Shown here one piece after another: positions 1 through 16,710 of a stretch of 64,000 nt of DNA. Both the position numbers and the translations under genes were made by a program. Position 1 is the first letter of the stretch. Each line of letters opens with the position of its first letter. Location of the stretch: the NCBI GenBank assembly GCA_964016885.1, contig CAXHJY010000010.1, positions 13,214-77,213 of the forward strand, read 5' to 3'. The notes below the pieces were generated by a model. The model had not been told where the DNA came from. It saw nothing but the letters and a program-made list of their open reading frames with translations, and searched no databases. Origin of the DNA: Eledone cirrhosa. Its lineage: Eukaryota.

Positions 1-403
1 TCTATTCCTCCTATAGAATGCTGACTATTGCTCTTGACCCTTATACATATGTGTATATATATATGTATGTGTATTTATATATAGATACATATATATATAT
101 ACATTATATTTATCTGTATATACAGATATATAGATATTATATATATTTAAGTGTATATATATATAATACATATATCTATATTATATATTTATATGTGTAG
201 ATGATGATATTGATATATATATATATGTATATTTATATTATATATTTGTGTATATATATATAATACATATTATATATCTTTATATATATATAATACATAT
301 TATATATCTCTATATATATGTGTGCATATAATACACATAAATAATAAATTTATATTATATAAATAAATATTTATAATACATACATATATGTATATATAGA
401 TAA

Positions 404-456
<53 letters not shown>

Positions 457-463
457 TAAATAA

Positions 464-494
<31 letters not shown>

Positions 495-2738
495 TATACA
501 TACATACCTCTGGGTGGTGGTTGGTTTATCATATTCAGTGCGATTTACCATTATCGGAATAACCTTACACCATGATTGAAATGTTTTTGTAGACAGTTAA
601 CTAAATTATCAGCTATCATTATGTTGCACATACATATATAAACAAATGCACACATCAACTCATCCATAAGACCAGCTTGTATAAGGAAGCGTATCAAGTC
701 ACCAGTTACAATTAATGTGTAGTTGCTTTATTTCAAAGTTACATTATATTCTGCTTACCTGTCTTTTTATTTGAATTTCCTTTAATATTTGCAAACATGT
801 TTAGTATATCCAAAACATGTTGCAGTAGTTTCTGGCTGTGGATGGGGGGAAGTAATTTCACACATCAGTTTGTGTTTACTTGTGTAGACAGACATGCAAT
901 CACATATACATCTAATTAAAGGTCTCAACCGCCATCCTTTTAATTTTGATTAATTAGATTTAATTTGTTTCCTTCTTTGTTGGTTAAATTTAGAAATATT
1001 TCTGTATTTTTTCTGTCTTTTTCATATTCAAGTAGTTAAAAAATCTGAAAACTAAACACAAAAAAATGAACATCATTCACTTAAATATGCATACATTGTC
1101 ATGTATGCTTTTGCATGCGTGCATATGTTTGTGTGTGCATTTTCTTTACTGTTCTATACACAATTGTGAAGAAAATAAAAAAAAAACAAAAAAACATTCT
1201 ATTAAAAATTTAAAAAATAATGAAAATAACAGTTAGTATTAATAGATCATTTGATCAGAATCAAATTGTATTTTTGCATTAGAACATTTCAAATTTCATT
1301 ATTCACAATTTTCAGAAAATTCTGTTGATTGTGCATAATATATGCTATTTATTTGCTGCAATTTATTAACAGCTTATAACTGTACTTCATTTATCTAAGC
1401 ACCACACAATTGCCATTTCAGTGGACCGCAGCTAACATGGTAGATCTACTTAGCTCCTTATTTTTATATTGCTCTCTTTTTCTCCCTATCTTTGTCTCAC
1501 AAGATTACACTAATTCTGCAGCTGATTGTTCCTATTATGGTTGGTTATGGCTAAGAAATGGAGATGATGATTAACAGTCTGAGATATGTGTTGGTTGAAG
1601 TACAATAATGAAGATTAAAACATCTTCAAATAATGCAGTCGTAAGGAAGACTTCAGCTATTCTTTCTTTTCACAGTGAAGTATATATATATATATATGTT
1701 GCCTGAGGTTTGTTGTATTTTTCTTTTAAGGTTATTTAAAATAGTTTTTAGATTTGTGGATCCATATGAGTGTTAGTAGCTACATTTCTCAGATTTTGAG
1801 CTTATATATGTATATACACTCACACATATACATACATATATCCATACAGAGAATTAATTACATATAATGCGTGTATTTATATAGATGTGAATATATAACA
1901 TACACAGCCATGTTCATACATATACATTACATAATGGTTTATAACATTGATTCTTAAGCATAATTTAGACTGTAGTTTAATTCATGACACAAACAACTCC
2001 ATCAGTGGAAAGAATGGACATTAAGGATAATGGAAAATTACAAGCATTACATAGCAATGTGCCAAATAATTAAAGGAAATGCAAAACCATTTGGATCAAA
2101 GAAACAATTTCATTTTATTTGTTTTTTGTTTATTTTAACAATAGCTTTGCTCTTATTCTAATATTTCATTATTAGAAATATTCTGTCTGTTTATGCCAAA
2201 GTCATTAGTGTGTTCTGTTGCTTTAAAAAACAAAATCATCGAGGAGTCACTTAATCAGTTGTGGTGACAAGAAAATATGATGTAGAGGAAACAATTGCTT
2301 TAGCTAGCAAATACAAGGATCAGTATCTGCAAGTTATTTACTTTCTATCTTCTTCGAACACACAAACTGTCATATCAACTTCTATTTATTAAATATGTAT
2401 GATATTTGTTTTTAAATGTATTATCAATAATGAAATGTTACTCACTTAAATACATTCTACTACTCTGTTGCTTGCTGGTAATTTGTATATTTAACAAAGC
2501 AGGACAGGATATTGTGACAGTGATGGTTTGGGGGCTTACATTGGACTTTAATTTAATATTTATCATTACAAATTATTATTATTATTATTAATTTATATTT
2601 TACTCACATGACTTCATGCTGGATCAGGAAGGAAGTTTTTCTTACCTTTAATGAAAGATCTTTCTAACACAAATAAAAATCACAAGCTATATAAATAGTT
2701 ATAGAGATTATTTTGTTGATTCTTAGAGATATTTACTG

Positions 2739-2797
<59 letters not shown>

Positions 2798-3336
2798 TAG
2801 ACACACATATATTAGATGTCAAAAGTAAAAAAATGTTGTTTTAAACAGCAGCCAAAAATAATATTACATATATATTTATATAATATATATATATATATAT
2901 ATATACACATGCACATACACACACACACATATATATGTAATTAAATGTCTGCAGTCACTAAAATGTCTTTCAGGTAATCGATACTGATTAAATTAACTTA
3001 GCATCTATAAAAAGATGGAAGAAACTTAGCACATCCAGAACTTCTTATATGTCCAGCTATAATATGAATAATAACAAAAAAAAAATACTTTATTCAAGTG
3101 CACACTCTTTTATATGGAGATATATTCATATACACATACATCAATTTAAATGTGTATATTTGTGAGTCTCTTTGCTACATGTTCAGTTGGCTTCAAGGCT
3201 TTAATAAACATTGTTTCAAGTCAATCAGTTTAACAAAAGCATGTAGTTATGAGAAGCTCCTATCTGACATGTATGAATGTGTATGTGTGTGTTGCATGTA
3301 TATATGTATGTTCACACACATACATATTCACCCATA

Positions 3337-3404
<68 letters not shown>

Positions 3405-3845
3405 TAATGATGATAATATGTTTCTGTGTGTATATATATATATATATAATTGTTAGAAGAAATATTTAGTTATTTTCCTATTTACATGAATATATGTTTA
3501 TATATTTATGCTTAAATTTTCTTTTTGGATGTTTAAAAACAAAACAAATAAAAATAAACAATAAGTATATAATCCAGATAAAAAAAATATATAATTTTTA
3601 GAAACATTATGAGTATTTCTGTGAATATCAATTCCTATTTGGCAACTTTTAATTATTTTTATTTTTTTATTTTTTTTTTACTACTTATAGATCCAATTAA
3701 TTTTGAATGTAGAATATAACAGTCACTGAAAAATACATGCTGCTTAATTCTTTGGTTTCTAAAACATTGTTTGATTTAAGTAAGGGGTCCTTTGATACCT
3801 TATCACATTATATTTCTAACTGATCCCTTTGCATATGAAGTAACA

Positions 3846-3906
<61 letters not shown>

Positions 3907-4355
3907 TGATCTCTTTCTCCTTTTTCATCACTCTCCCTTCTTCATCTCTTTCTCTCTTTCATCTTACTTCTCACACTCTTCCTCCTTCTTCCACTCTTCC
4001 ACATTCTCTCCCTCTCTCTCATTTCAAGCTATTTGTGATAAACTGTTCTTTACAGAATACATTTTTGCCATGATAAGAATTCAATACTATAAAGTGTTGA
4101 TGAGATATCTGCAACAAACCAATGTGGTTAGAAGCATTAACTTGTTTAGATGTAAAAGTAGATTAGTAAGAGTCCATGCGGTTACTATCCATCCTGTGAT
4201 TATATCTTTTCTTGTCATTACAGTGTATGTAATTATTAGTGAATAAATTGTCAATACTAAGGCAGTTGTTTAACTAACAAACTTGTTCAGTTGTTCAGAA
4301 ACTATTTTCTTTCTCTTTGTGTTGTTTTACAATTTAAAAATCAAAAGTTTTATTT

Positions 4356-5759
<1,404 letters not shown>

Positions 5760-6313
5760 CTTCTCTCCTTCAAGTATAATTTGTTTAAATGATTATGTAT
5801 TGTAATGTATATGGAGTTCTTGTGATGCATGCATCTTTCATGGTTTTATCTTTATACAAATTCAGTTATTATTCATAGTCTGAAATTAATTGATAATTTT
5901 GTTTTGACAGAATGTTGTAGCCTTTTATTTACATATTTATTTCTAGGGGTAATACTTAAAATTTACTTAACAAATCGGTTTATATTTTAAAAAATTCTCT
6001 GTTTAATATTAGTTTGTCTGGGTCCATGTTGATGATGATGGTGTATGAATACATTAATTTAATTTCGGGGGAATAAAATAATGTAGAATTCTGATCTTCA
6101 GAATGTCAATTCAAACTTTGCAATTACCTTTAAAAAGGCTAGCAATATCGTTTCTGCGATTAAATACTCTAATGGTTTTGGTCATGCCTATGCTGGGGCA
6201 ACTGAATCATATATACTGACGAGAGCTATGCTATATTACTTATCTGCATGATTTTATTATCTTCAGAGCATGAAGCATGTTTTAAGAGGACAACATCTCA
6301 TACCTTTTTCTTT

Positions 6314-6357
<44 letters not shown>

Positions 6358-8360
6358 GTCTCTCTCTTTCTGTCTCTCTCTCTCTGTCTCTCCTCTCTGT
6401 TTGATAGTTTATAATTGCTTGCAAGTCTTTATGCAGAACTTTTGATCTCGCAATTTATAATTCATATATACACACACACACAAAAAAAAAATACAAATAA
6501 GAAAAAAAAATATTTAGAATTATCAGCACGGTCTATTCCTTCAATTTTCGCTCCTATTTTCGATATATATCAAATGTTGTGAAGGAAAAGAGAGTTAGGT
6601 ACCTAAAATACCGATTCTTCTCATGCTGTGCCTATGTTTCTAAATAGTCTTATACTCATGGTTGTTAGCTACAAGCTCGAAAACTTTTTTTGCTATCTCA
6701 TTCTTGTTTTTAAAGTCTTTTATTTCTTATTTGAACTAAATATATTTCTCTGATAGAATATATTGTGTCATTGGCTTGCTGCTGCTGTTTTGTTTTCTTT
6801 TAAATGATAGATGTTATCGTAAATTAAAAGGACTCTAAATGTTTGTTAGTAGACATGTTTTACATATTATATAATTATATAAAATATATTACGTACAATT
6901 ATTGTGAAACTCTTGGTGTAGGGTTACCTCCCTTATTTTCATATCCCTTCCCCCCCCCCCGTCAATATTTATCCTATGAGTTAATTCCCTTAGACTTCAT
7001 ATTTCCCTTTGCTTTTGTGTAGTTATGCCTATGACTATTTGAAGAAACTCTATCTTGTAAAAAAGAATCCATCTCAAAACATTTACAATAGCATTGATGT
7101 AATTATACCTACCTATTATTTGTAACTGTTAAAAATCTAAGCCACTATTACTGTTTTTTTTTTTTTTTTTTTTTTTTTTCATTACTTACTGCTTCAGTAA
7201 TCATTTACAGATTGTGTTCTGAATGCCCCTTGTGTCTATTTAGTTTATCTTTTAGAAAATTACCCTGTTAAAATATTGTATCTTGATTTAATTACAATGT
7301 TATCATTTCCATTTACTTTATACATAAAAACACAAAATTTTGCTTCCTAGCAAAAAGAAAGAATAATAAAATTGATTTGTAAATGGATTTCTTGTTTCTG
7401 TTCTAACAAATGAAGGAATTTCTCAGCTACATGTTGTGTGCTATTATCTTCTATAGGCAGCATTTGCTTCTCATATTCAGTTTCCTTATTCTCCTCTTCT
7501 CTCCCATCTCTTATTGTTGCTTCCCAACGCTGCATGTGATAACTCATAGTATTCAATACAAGATGTTGATGTTACCTTTGCTTTTTATATTTTCCACTTA
7601 ATTAAAAAAAAAAAAAAAGATTCCGTCCCCACTCCTTATTTTCACAATCTATCTATCTATCTATCTAAAGATGTGTTGTTGTTTTTTTCCATTACTCAGA
7701 GACTTTCAGGAGCAATGTTTGTTTGGGTCTATTAGGAGAAATATGTGATAATTTCTAAATGTTTCAAAATTGACACAATGTCAAATATTTATTTATTCAA
7801 AACATAAGCATATTTTTAAGCATGAAAAAAATTCTTTGTTTTTGCTTTATAATGTATGTCAACATCCATCAAATTGCACTATACTTGAATTGTACACAGA
7901 ACCTTTTTATTTTGTTAATTTATTATTATTTCTGTTATTACCATTTTCAGACTGTTTTATATGTATTATGATAAATAAAATAACTATGCCAGTGTTCATG
8001 GATCATAATATTTAGCCTATTTCAAAATGTCATCATTTTAATTAGTTGTGTTAAGTAATTTTGTAAATTAGAGAGTCATTCAAAAAGCATAACTGTTACA
8101 ACACCCATGAAATGACTTTCTTAGAATATAACTGTAGCACCCACTTATTTTTATTGAAAAAGTATATATTATCCAATCTCAACTCAAACCAATCTTAATT
8201 TGAGTAAAACAATTTCGTTCTCCCTTAGTTTTATTTCAATATATTATTCAGCCTAACAGTAGTAGAATAAAGAATATTCAGCCAACTGTAGTTATAAATA
8301 ACAATTCTTTTCTGTTATTTTTATTTTATATTTAGTGAACATTATTAGAGAATGAAAAAG

Positions 8361-8550
8361 GGCGGTGGATTGGCAGTATCGGTAGAGGGTCAGACGCCAT
8401 GCTTTCCAGCATAGTTACGTCCCTTTACGATCTGAGTTCAAATCCTGCCGAGGTTGACTTTGCCTTTCATCCTTACGGGGTCGATAAAATAAAGTACCAG
8501 TAATGCACTGGGTAATTGCTGGCCTTGTGCCTAAAGTAGAAACAATTATT
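8361..8550 (+). mobile_element. tRNA-derived SINE (Octopus-type), full length with TSD
   Basis: A box tggcagtatcgg, B box gagttcaaatcc, core gcctttcatccttacggggtcgataaaataaagtacc, tail gtagaaacaattatt. TSD attattagagaatgaaa at 8341 and 8545. Confidence 0.92.
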
Positions 8551-10649
8551 AGAGAATGAAATTGAAACTAACTTCAAACCTTGATTTCTAATTATAAATA
8601 TTTTCTTGGTTTTAATAAAATTTTACTATATCATTTGTAAAATGTCTGATTTTATTCTTTTAAAATAGTAGCAATCACACACACATATTACTTTGATCAG
8701 ATATATTGTAGAAAAGTAATGTTATTGGCTTTTCTTTCATCTGTTCTGACTTTCAAATCTTTTTAATATACTCAGGTATCTCTCCTAACCCACCCTTTAG
8801 TAATCACCATAAAATTGATCTCTAATGACCAACAAAATTCTGGATGGTAATAACAATTGCATAATTTTTTTTTTTCTTTAACTAGATTCTCCTAGTTCAC
8901 TTGATTTTGGAACAATTTGCATGCAATGCAAGCTCTTAAAATGTGTCCTGTTAATGTTATTTGTTGGTGTAACTTTAGTATGTTTTTGTTTTTTATGATA
9001 CATTGCCTTTGTAATTTTAACATTGATTTGCACTGGTCTTGTGCATGAGCTTGTATTTTTGTGTGTCATTTTTTTTTCAACCTTACAGCAGTTTATGCAA
9101 ACAATTCTTTATTGTATTGTTTTTATCTTCTGTTTGTGTTTTATGTATGCTATATGAATAAATTCTTTTCTACTCTGTTTACTGGATTTTGTTTTTTTGC
9201 ATCTGTTTCTGTTTAGTAATCTATTCTTTTTATTTCAAGTTCAATGTTGTGACCAATTTTGTTTTGTTATGTCAATTTTGTTTATGTCAACAAACATCCA
9301 TAGCAGGGGAAAATGGATTTTAAATGGTGATAATGATGAAACAACATGACCAGTTTGATTTCTGATCATCATCATGTGTCTTATTCATTATTATCGTTGG
9401 TTTAAGTTACTTTTCAGAAGGAAACAAATGAAGGTACGTATTAAGATTATTGCTTATATAAATTATTACTAAATGGGATGCTATTTGATTATCAACAACT
9501 TCAGCTATCACTTTAGTAATTTAATTTTGATTGAATGCCTGAAGTTCACATAAGACCTCTGCTGAGATCAAATACATCTTGACTTCTGCTGAGATTAACA
9601 AGGGTCTCAACAAAAGTCAAGATGTATTTTGAGGCCTAATATAAAATAATTTTGTAACTAAAGAAGAAAAAGTGTATAACATCAACAGAGTTAATAATGA
9701 CAATATATTTTCTTAGAGGTCTGATGCAATGGTTTTTAAAACTAAAAAATGTTGCTAAATATTGAAACAAATTCTTGCTTAGGAAATGTGATCTGTTATT
9801 TGTACTAAGATATTGGGAATTAGAACATTGATAATCTACTTGTAGCTTGTTGGATTAAGTGAAAACTGCAATAATAGGTTGGTCTTGCTTGTGCATCCAG
9901 CTGGATCATTTGGAGACGGTGCTACTGATAGGACCCTCTGGAAGGTGTATCTGAGAACACTACCACCAACAACCTCAAGAATAAGTAGGCAAAGAAGAGA
10001 AATCTTGGACCATTCCAATACTATCTTGATTTAATTTTTGAAGAGAAATAAAATATAACATTTTGAGTTCTGGTATTTATAATTCATTTACCAATATGCA
10101 TGCTGAGCTTGTTACTCCATACCACTAATGTGGCTCTCATAGGTTGCATGCATATACAGATCCTCTCCACAACTTATCTGTTAAATTCTGATCAGCATAT
10201 ATAGCTGTAACGGCCTTATGAACTTATAGAATTATTATCATTACTAACATCTACTTAACAAATATGATACATGTATATAATACTTCACTAACTAAATTAA
10301 AAATACCATTATCTAGTTAATATACACATAGTATTTCTTCTAGTCACTTACTAAAATCAGAATACCTCATCATAAGTATTGCACTTATCCAATGCCTCAT
10401 TATTTCCCCTATTTACTAAAATCAGAATACCGCCATCATAATTAATACACACATTCAATACATTACTATTTCCAATAGTTGCTAACTAAATTTCAATTAC
10501 CATCATCATAATTAATACTAACTAATCATTAATCACTCAACTAAACTCCTATTATCATTTTTCAGAATTTTCATGACAATTACAATATATGTATGTTGTA
10601 CTTAACCACTTCAAATAATAATTAACTTTAATCAAAATTACAACCTGGG

Positions 10650-11560
10650 ACAGCAAGCAGCAAACAACCACAAGAAACAAGTACTACCAATCTCTGGGAG
10701 GGCTCTATAGAAACAGTAGACAGCTTCTGCTACCTAGGTGACCGAATTAGCAGCGGAGGTGGGTGTTCAGAAAGTACAATAACTAGGGTAAGAACGGGAT
10801 GGAAGAAGTTCAGGGAGCTACTGCCACTGCTAGCTGCAAAAGGCTTTTCCCTCAAAATGAAAGGCAGACTGTATGATGCGTGTATACGGACAGCAATGTT
10901 ACATAGTAGTGAGACCTGGGCGCTGAAGGTGGAAGACTTGCGTAGATTAAAAAGAAACGAAGCCTGCATGCTCTGATGGATGTGTAATAGTAATATACGC
11001 GAATGACAAAGCATAAATGAATTGAGAGAGAGACTGAGCATAAGAGGAATCAAATGCTGTGTGCAGGAGAGGCGGTTGCATTGGTATGGACATGTGATGC
11101 ATATGAAGGATGACAGCTGCATAAAAAGGTGCAGAGCACTAGAAGTCGATGGAAACCGTGGTGTGGAGAGACCCAAGAAGACCTGGGATGAGGTGATAAA
11201 AGCCGGCCTTACCCAATTACACCTCTCAAAGGCGATGACACACGACCGTGACCTCTGGCGTCACGCAGTAATACAGAGTACCTGACCTCCCACGGGTACA
11301 AGCCGAAGCTGAAGCATATAGACAATATGCCCCCACACCCTCCCACTGCAAAGTGGTTGTGGAGGTGCCACGGAAAAAAAGCACCCAGCACTCACTGTAA
11401 ATGAGGTTGGTGTTAGGAAGGGCATCCAGCTGTAGAAATCAAGCCAGAATCAGTTCCCGTATGAGCAAGACAAGGTCAGCCGACCAGACACTGCTCACAA
11501 CAGGACAACCCGTCTAACCCATGCTAGCATGGAAGAACGGACGTAAAACGGTGATGATGA
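10650..11560 (+). mobile_element. RTE-clade LINE, 5'-truncated (RT C-terminus plus 3' UTR)
   Basis: VDSFCYLGD...MLHSSETWA...RRLHWYGHVMHM...RPKKTWDEVIK with stops; (gat)n tail. Confidence 0.9.
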
Positions 11561-12024
11561 CAATTACCCAACTACCCAATTAATTTATTATTATCATTAC
11601 TCAGAATCTACATGACAAATGCAGTTTATGTTATAGTAATCCAGTACCTATTTCTACTTGACACTTACTAAACTCACAGTATTACCTACACAATACCTTT
11701 TTATTCCTTATCCACCTAACTAAACCACTATCATCATTACTTAACATCTATAGGTCTAATACAAAGAAAAGCTATCTTAATACTATTTATTTCCTAACCA
11801 CTCAACTAAGCTATTATTATCATTACTTAACATGACAAATACAAATCATGCAAATGGTATCTATTTTGGTTAGTTGATTACTAAAGCCCCAAATACCATC
11901 AGCATAAACTAAAACTGATTATCCCCACTATCATCTGATGGAACTAACTTGGATCCACAATAGATATCATCTAAGCTGCAACAGAAAAAATGCAGTGTAC
12001 TCTTAACAACATAGTAATGTTTAC

Positions 12025-12930
12025 AATCATCATCATCGCTTTTACATCTGTTTTTCCACACTTGCATGGGTTGGCTGAAGCCTTTTCAGTACAGCTTCTC
12101 TCCACTCATCATGTTCCTTCGTCATCTCCTCAGTGGATCTCTGATTTGAGATCAGCTCTCACCACCTCTACTCAGTCTTTCTTGATCTACCTCTACTGCA
12201 GTTTCCCTCCATTAACATTTCTTGGCACTTCTTTATCCAGCGATCATCATCCATATGCATCACATGCCCATACCAATGCAGTCTTCTCTCCTGCACACCA
12301 CTTCAAATTCTTCTTAAACCTTAGTTCATCCAAGCTCTGCCTTTCTTTCACATTTACTTTGCACATCCAATGAAGCATGATTGCTTCATTTCTCTCCAGC
12401 CAACACATGTCCTCTGTTGTCACTGCCCATGTTTCACTACCATGCAGCATCATACTTCACACACAGGAATCATACAGCTGTCCTTTTGTACGTAGGGAGA
12501 AGCCTTTAGTTGTTAACAGTGGGAGTGACTATCTAAACTTCTTCCATCCTATCTGTACATACAAAGTTTTCCATTTCTGATAGTCTGTTTGTTATCCCAC
12601 TACATCTCTTGTCTACCTAAGATTTACATTGTGTACATCATATAGAGTTTATGCCTACTCCTTTTCTACATATTGAGCAAAGCCTTTTCCCTGAAGGAAT
12701 CAGGGTCCTATTTTCTTTGCTACTTACTATCAATTTAGTTTTGGCTAAGTTTCCTGTTAGCCCTTCAGATTCCAAATTCTGTTTCCATAGTTGGAACTTA
12801 TTCTATAGTTCTTTTATAGATTCAGATATAATGACCAGATCATCTGAACAGAGAAGCCCCCGTGGACAACCAGTCATAAACTCCTCTGTTATTACCTGGA
12901 GAACTATGATGAACAGCAGTGGGCTGGTCC
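12025..12930 (-). mobile_element. RTE-clade LINE fragments
   Basis: MLHGSETWAVT...ERNEAIMLHWMC; same 3' UTR and (gat)n tail at 12025; upstream RT piece at 12700-12930. Confidence 0.85.
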
Positions 12931-13585
12931 TTCTGTTGGGTAGGTTAGGAGTAGTCTATCCCCCTCTCATTCATCCTCTACATTCATCAGCCTCTTATAA
13001 TAACATTTCTAGGTGGGTATCTAAATTGAAACTAAATTATATATGTTCCATCAAGTAAATACTATCGAAAAATACATCTAGAAGCTAAATCTCAAATTCA
13101 TTATCTAAAAGTAAAAAATCAAAAAAATCAGCTTTAACATTCCAGCGGATATTTAATAGACTACTGCCGTATTACGAGAATTAAATACACAAACAAAATA
13201 TATGAGGAAATAGGTTCTTATATTCTTCCTAGCAGTATGCTTTGCAAATCAAATAAATAAATAACGATTAAGTATCCCAAACGCCAAAATTACTGAAAAT
13301 ATTGAAAGCAAAAATAAAAATAAAAACAAACCAGTATTTAGAGAAAAATCGCCATGTTGGATCGAAATTACAGCAGAAATAAAAGCTTACTTGAACGTTG
13401 AATCAAATTTGAACGTAAACAGTGAACAAAAATATTTGAAATTTGAATTTCGTATATCTAATGATATAGAGTATGTTTATGAATAAACATTCGGAAAGCC
13501 TTCGAGCCATGAATATTGAAAGGCTGACGGGTAGCACCGTCAAGTGGATTCCAACAGAAGTATTGGGGGTGGGGTGGGGACAACA

Positions 13586-13626
13586 ACTGTCAACGTGTTT
13601 CTGGCTCTGGTCGTCATCAGGACAGT
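13586..13626 (-). ncRNA. Type I hammerhead ribozyme motif (weak stem II)
   Basis: ACUGUC-CUGAUGA-cgaccagagcca-GAAAC-AC-GUU-GACAGU: perfect 6-bp stem I and intact core. Confidence 0.7.
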
Positions 13627-13715
13627 GCTTTCCCTACTCTCTGCTGGAATTTGAAACAGGTGAAAATACAGAGTTTTTTCACCTATGTAGACGTATAATA
13701 ATATTGACATGTGTA

Positions 13716-14110
13716 TAATAATTGTTTCTACTTTAGGCACAAGGCCAGCAATTATCCAGTGTATTACTGGTACTTTATTTTATCGACCCCGTAAGGATGA
13801 AAGGCAAAGTCATTCGGCGGGATTTGAACTCGGACCATGAAGGGGCGTAACTCTATGCTGGAAAGCATGGCCTCCGACCCTCTACCGATACTGCCAAATG
13901 GTTTCTTATATAGGCACAAGGCCAACAATTTTGGGGGAGGGGAAAGTCGATTAAATCGACCCAAGTGCGTGACTGGTACTTTATTTTATCGACCCCGTAC
14001 GGATGAAAGGCAAAGTAACCTCGGTGGGATTTGAACTCAGATCATAAAGGGCCGTAACTCTATGCTGCAAAGCATGGCGTCCGACCCTCTAGCGATACTG
14101 CCAATCCACT
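13716..14110 (-). mobile_element. Two tandem tRNA-derived SINE copies
   Basis: Reverse complement of the 8361 SINE at about 13716-13897 and 13900-14110. Confidence 0.9.
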
Positions 14111-14314
14111 AATACGAGAAAGATAGAAGAAATACAGACCGTATTTTCAAAATTTAGACTTTATTAACATTAATAAGTGCATAGTTTTACTTCACAAAGC
14201 CTTGAAATGCTTTTTAAACAAAGAAATTAGTCTTAATGAGGATACCGGAGAAACAGTACCTCCAGATATACCACGTTTACAATATACATATACATATATA
14301 TATAGAGAGAGAGG

Positions 14315-16710
14315 TGTAAAATTCAGACCATGGCGCAAAGTGGTCTTGGCTTGTGTCGCAAGCCGAAACCGCTTGACGCCGCAGTCGGAATTTTACATAT
14401 CTCTTTACCCACTTTGCATGTCACCATGCATTGAGTACTCGTATGATTATTGGTCTCCCCGACCCACATGGACAAAGTGAGTAAGACTCTGCCCGCACTC
14501 CGATGTGACGTCACTGGCCGCTCACTTCCGACAAGACTTCCCCTACACTTGCAGTTCCCTAGCCCCACAGGCCCCTATGATCTCAAGGATCAATCAGCCC
14601 ATCATCTCACTCCAGGCCAATGTCCGTCATCCTCATATGCAAGCGGCGTTCAGTTGCGATCTCCACAAAGTCGAGGCGGCCCTCTTACATTTTCCTCTTC
14701 GAAGTCCATCAAATCAACGATTCTGCGGACATCCAAGCTGTGACGCGGCATGTCATCCACAGACAGGTTGTTTTGGAAATTTGCAGTCGATACTGTTCCC
14801 TTTTCTCCATTGAGATGTGCAGTCCGCCTTTGGGGGCTTAACCCAAACTTCCTCGCCCATTTGCATGAAAATATGGTCTCTTTCTTCCACATATCGTTGT
14901 AATAACGTGCACGAATCTCAATAGTCACGCATATATATATCGCCCTGTGAGGCACCGACTTCTCGGCCTGTCCCAACTGAGGTGACATATTATACCAGAA
15001 TATCACCTCCATTAGTGAAATGTGTCCCTTCCCCGCCTTCGCCTTGATCGTGTGATGGTGTTTCTTCACGATTCCATTTCCTCTCGGCCTGTACACCGCT
15101 CTGGAGAAGCGGCTCACATTCCACCTATCGAGCATCTCCTTCAGCTCCTCCGAGCAAAATACGGCGCTATTACCCATCAACAGTTGTTCATCTCCAAGAA
15201 TATCTTTTTCGGCGTTCGTGCGATTTCCTCTGCAGTCCCCGCCCTCATCTCCCTCCATATTGCCATCCGCCCAGGTCAGCAATCGACCATCGAGAGTTAA
15301 GTCCATTGTCTGTCGTATGCCACATCTACTGCCAGTCGTTTCTAGTTATGCTCTACTGGGATGTATCCTGTATCGTGCACGCCCGAGGCTTGGTTGATAG
15401 ACTGATATCTGTCGTAACTCCCGACCACTTTTTGGACACTCTGTCTGGTAACGTCGGAGTCGACTTTCCTGGCTAGAAACCGTGTTCTATACACTCACAT
15501 GTGATGCATGGTATGCAACCTCCTCATCTGCAAGTCACACAGCCAACACACTGCAGCTATCCCCTTTTCTGCAGCCAGGCTTTCTCCAGCCTGGTTAGGA
15601 TGTCCGCCCTATTTTACTCCGAGAGCACAAAGACCACAACTTCAGGTGGCACTCAGTACCTAGCTCTTCCAGAGTTCCAAGGCGCTGCTTTATTAGAATC
15701 TCTGCCGCCCTTTTCGTTCGCACCCTCCTCTAGCTTGTAAGCACTACTAATCTTACCCAACCAGTACTGTGGCCGAATCAGTACGAATCTGTAGTGCGCA
15801 GACCCCATCTCAGGGCGAAATTCACTTCCTTTAGCACGGCGTCCAATTCGGCCAAGTTGATGTGGTTGTACTCCTTCTACCTAAGCCAGGCTAAATCCTC
15901 AACCTCCACACCCCTATTTCTAGAACGACTTCTAGTGCTATGCTGCTGGCATCACACCATACAGTCCTATTCTCCAATTTGAGTACATACCAGCTTCCTC
16001 TTTCTGTGTCCTCAGCCTTTACCCTCTCCATGATCTTCCGCATCATGTCCCCTGTCCTCTCTTCCACTCTGTCTCTTCAGTTCATCCAGTCCACTCATAT
16101 CTTCACATAGCTGCATACTGTTCGGAGCCACCCCGCGATTAAATAGTCACCCATCAATTTCCCACACATTGAGAAGAGTTCTCGTCTATCCATGTCGGTG
16201 CCCAGTTCCGGAACTTCATTTCCCCTCCGAAATACCAGTGTGCTCGTCTTAACTCTTCGTAGCCTGAGTCTAAGTGGAGCTCCTCCTTCCATCGCCTCTG
16301 GCGGTTTCGCGATTAACCCAAACCTTTCTAGGGAGCTTGAAACCTCTGTTGCTGACATCACTGTCTCGTCTACCAAGATATTTTCAGTGTAGGAATTGAT
16401 GGCCCTCTTCACCTTGTCCACCTTCCCCAGAATGTTCTTGAGGACCGTCACCATGATCTTTGGTGCCGAATTCAACCCGAACCCCAGCCTGTTCCGGCAG
16501 TATGTCTGGCCCTTATACCTAACCAGCTGATACTGCCAGCTACATGTAACATCAGATATGTCGATTTCAAGTCAACAATCGTGGAGGCTCCTATCATTTG
16601 TCTCCACAGACATCTGTAACCTCGCCGTCTGTCTGTATGGCACGACATTTGTTCATTCAGTTCACGAAAGTCCAACACAGATATAACCTTGTTCCTCATT
16701 GGCTGCAATT
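14315..16710 (-). mobile_element. Decayed LTR retrotransposon (RT-RNase H-integrase order, Ty3/Gypsy-like) with probable 3' LTR 14315-14547
   Basis: VLDFRELN, IVDLKSTYL, GFGLNSAPKIM, RRELFSMCGKL; RNase H HINLAELDAVLK; integrase YRPRGNGIVKKHHHTIK. The 233-bp segment after integrase is bounded by TGTA...TACA. Confidence 0.85.

Noticed and set aside
8361-8450. tRNA gene
   Set aside because: The A/B boxes belong to a SINE head; no cloverleaf; continues into SINE core and tail.
9836-10018. ORF resembling a signal peptide (MEWSKISLLCLLIL...)
   Set aside because: Starts with TTG rather than ATG; no splice or homology support.
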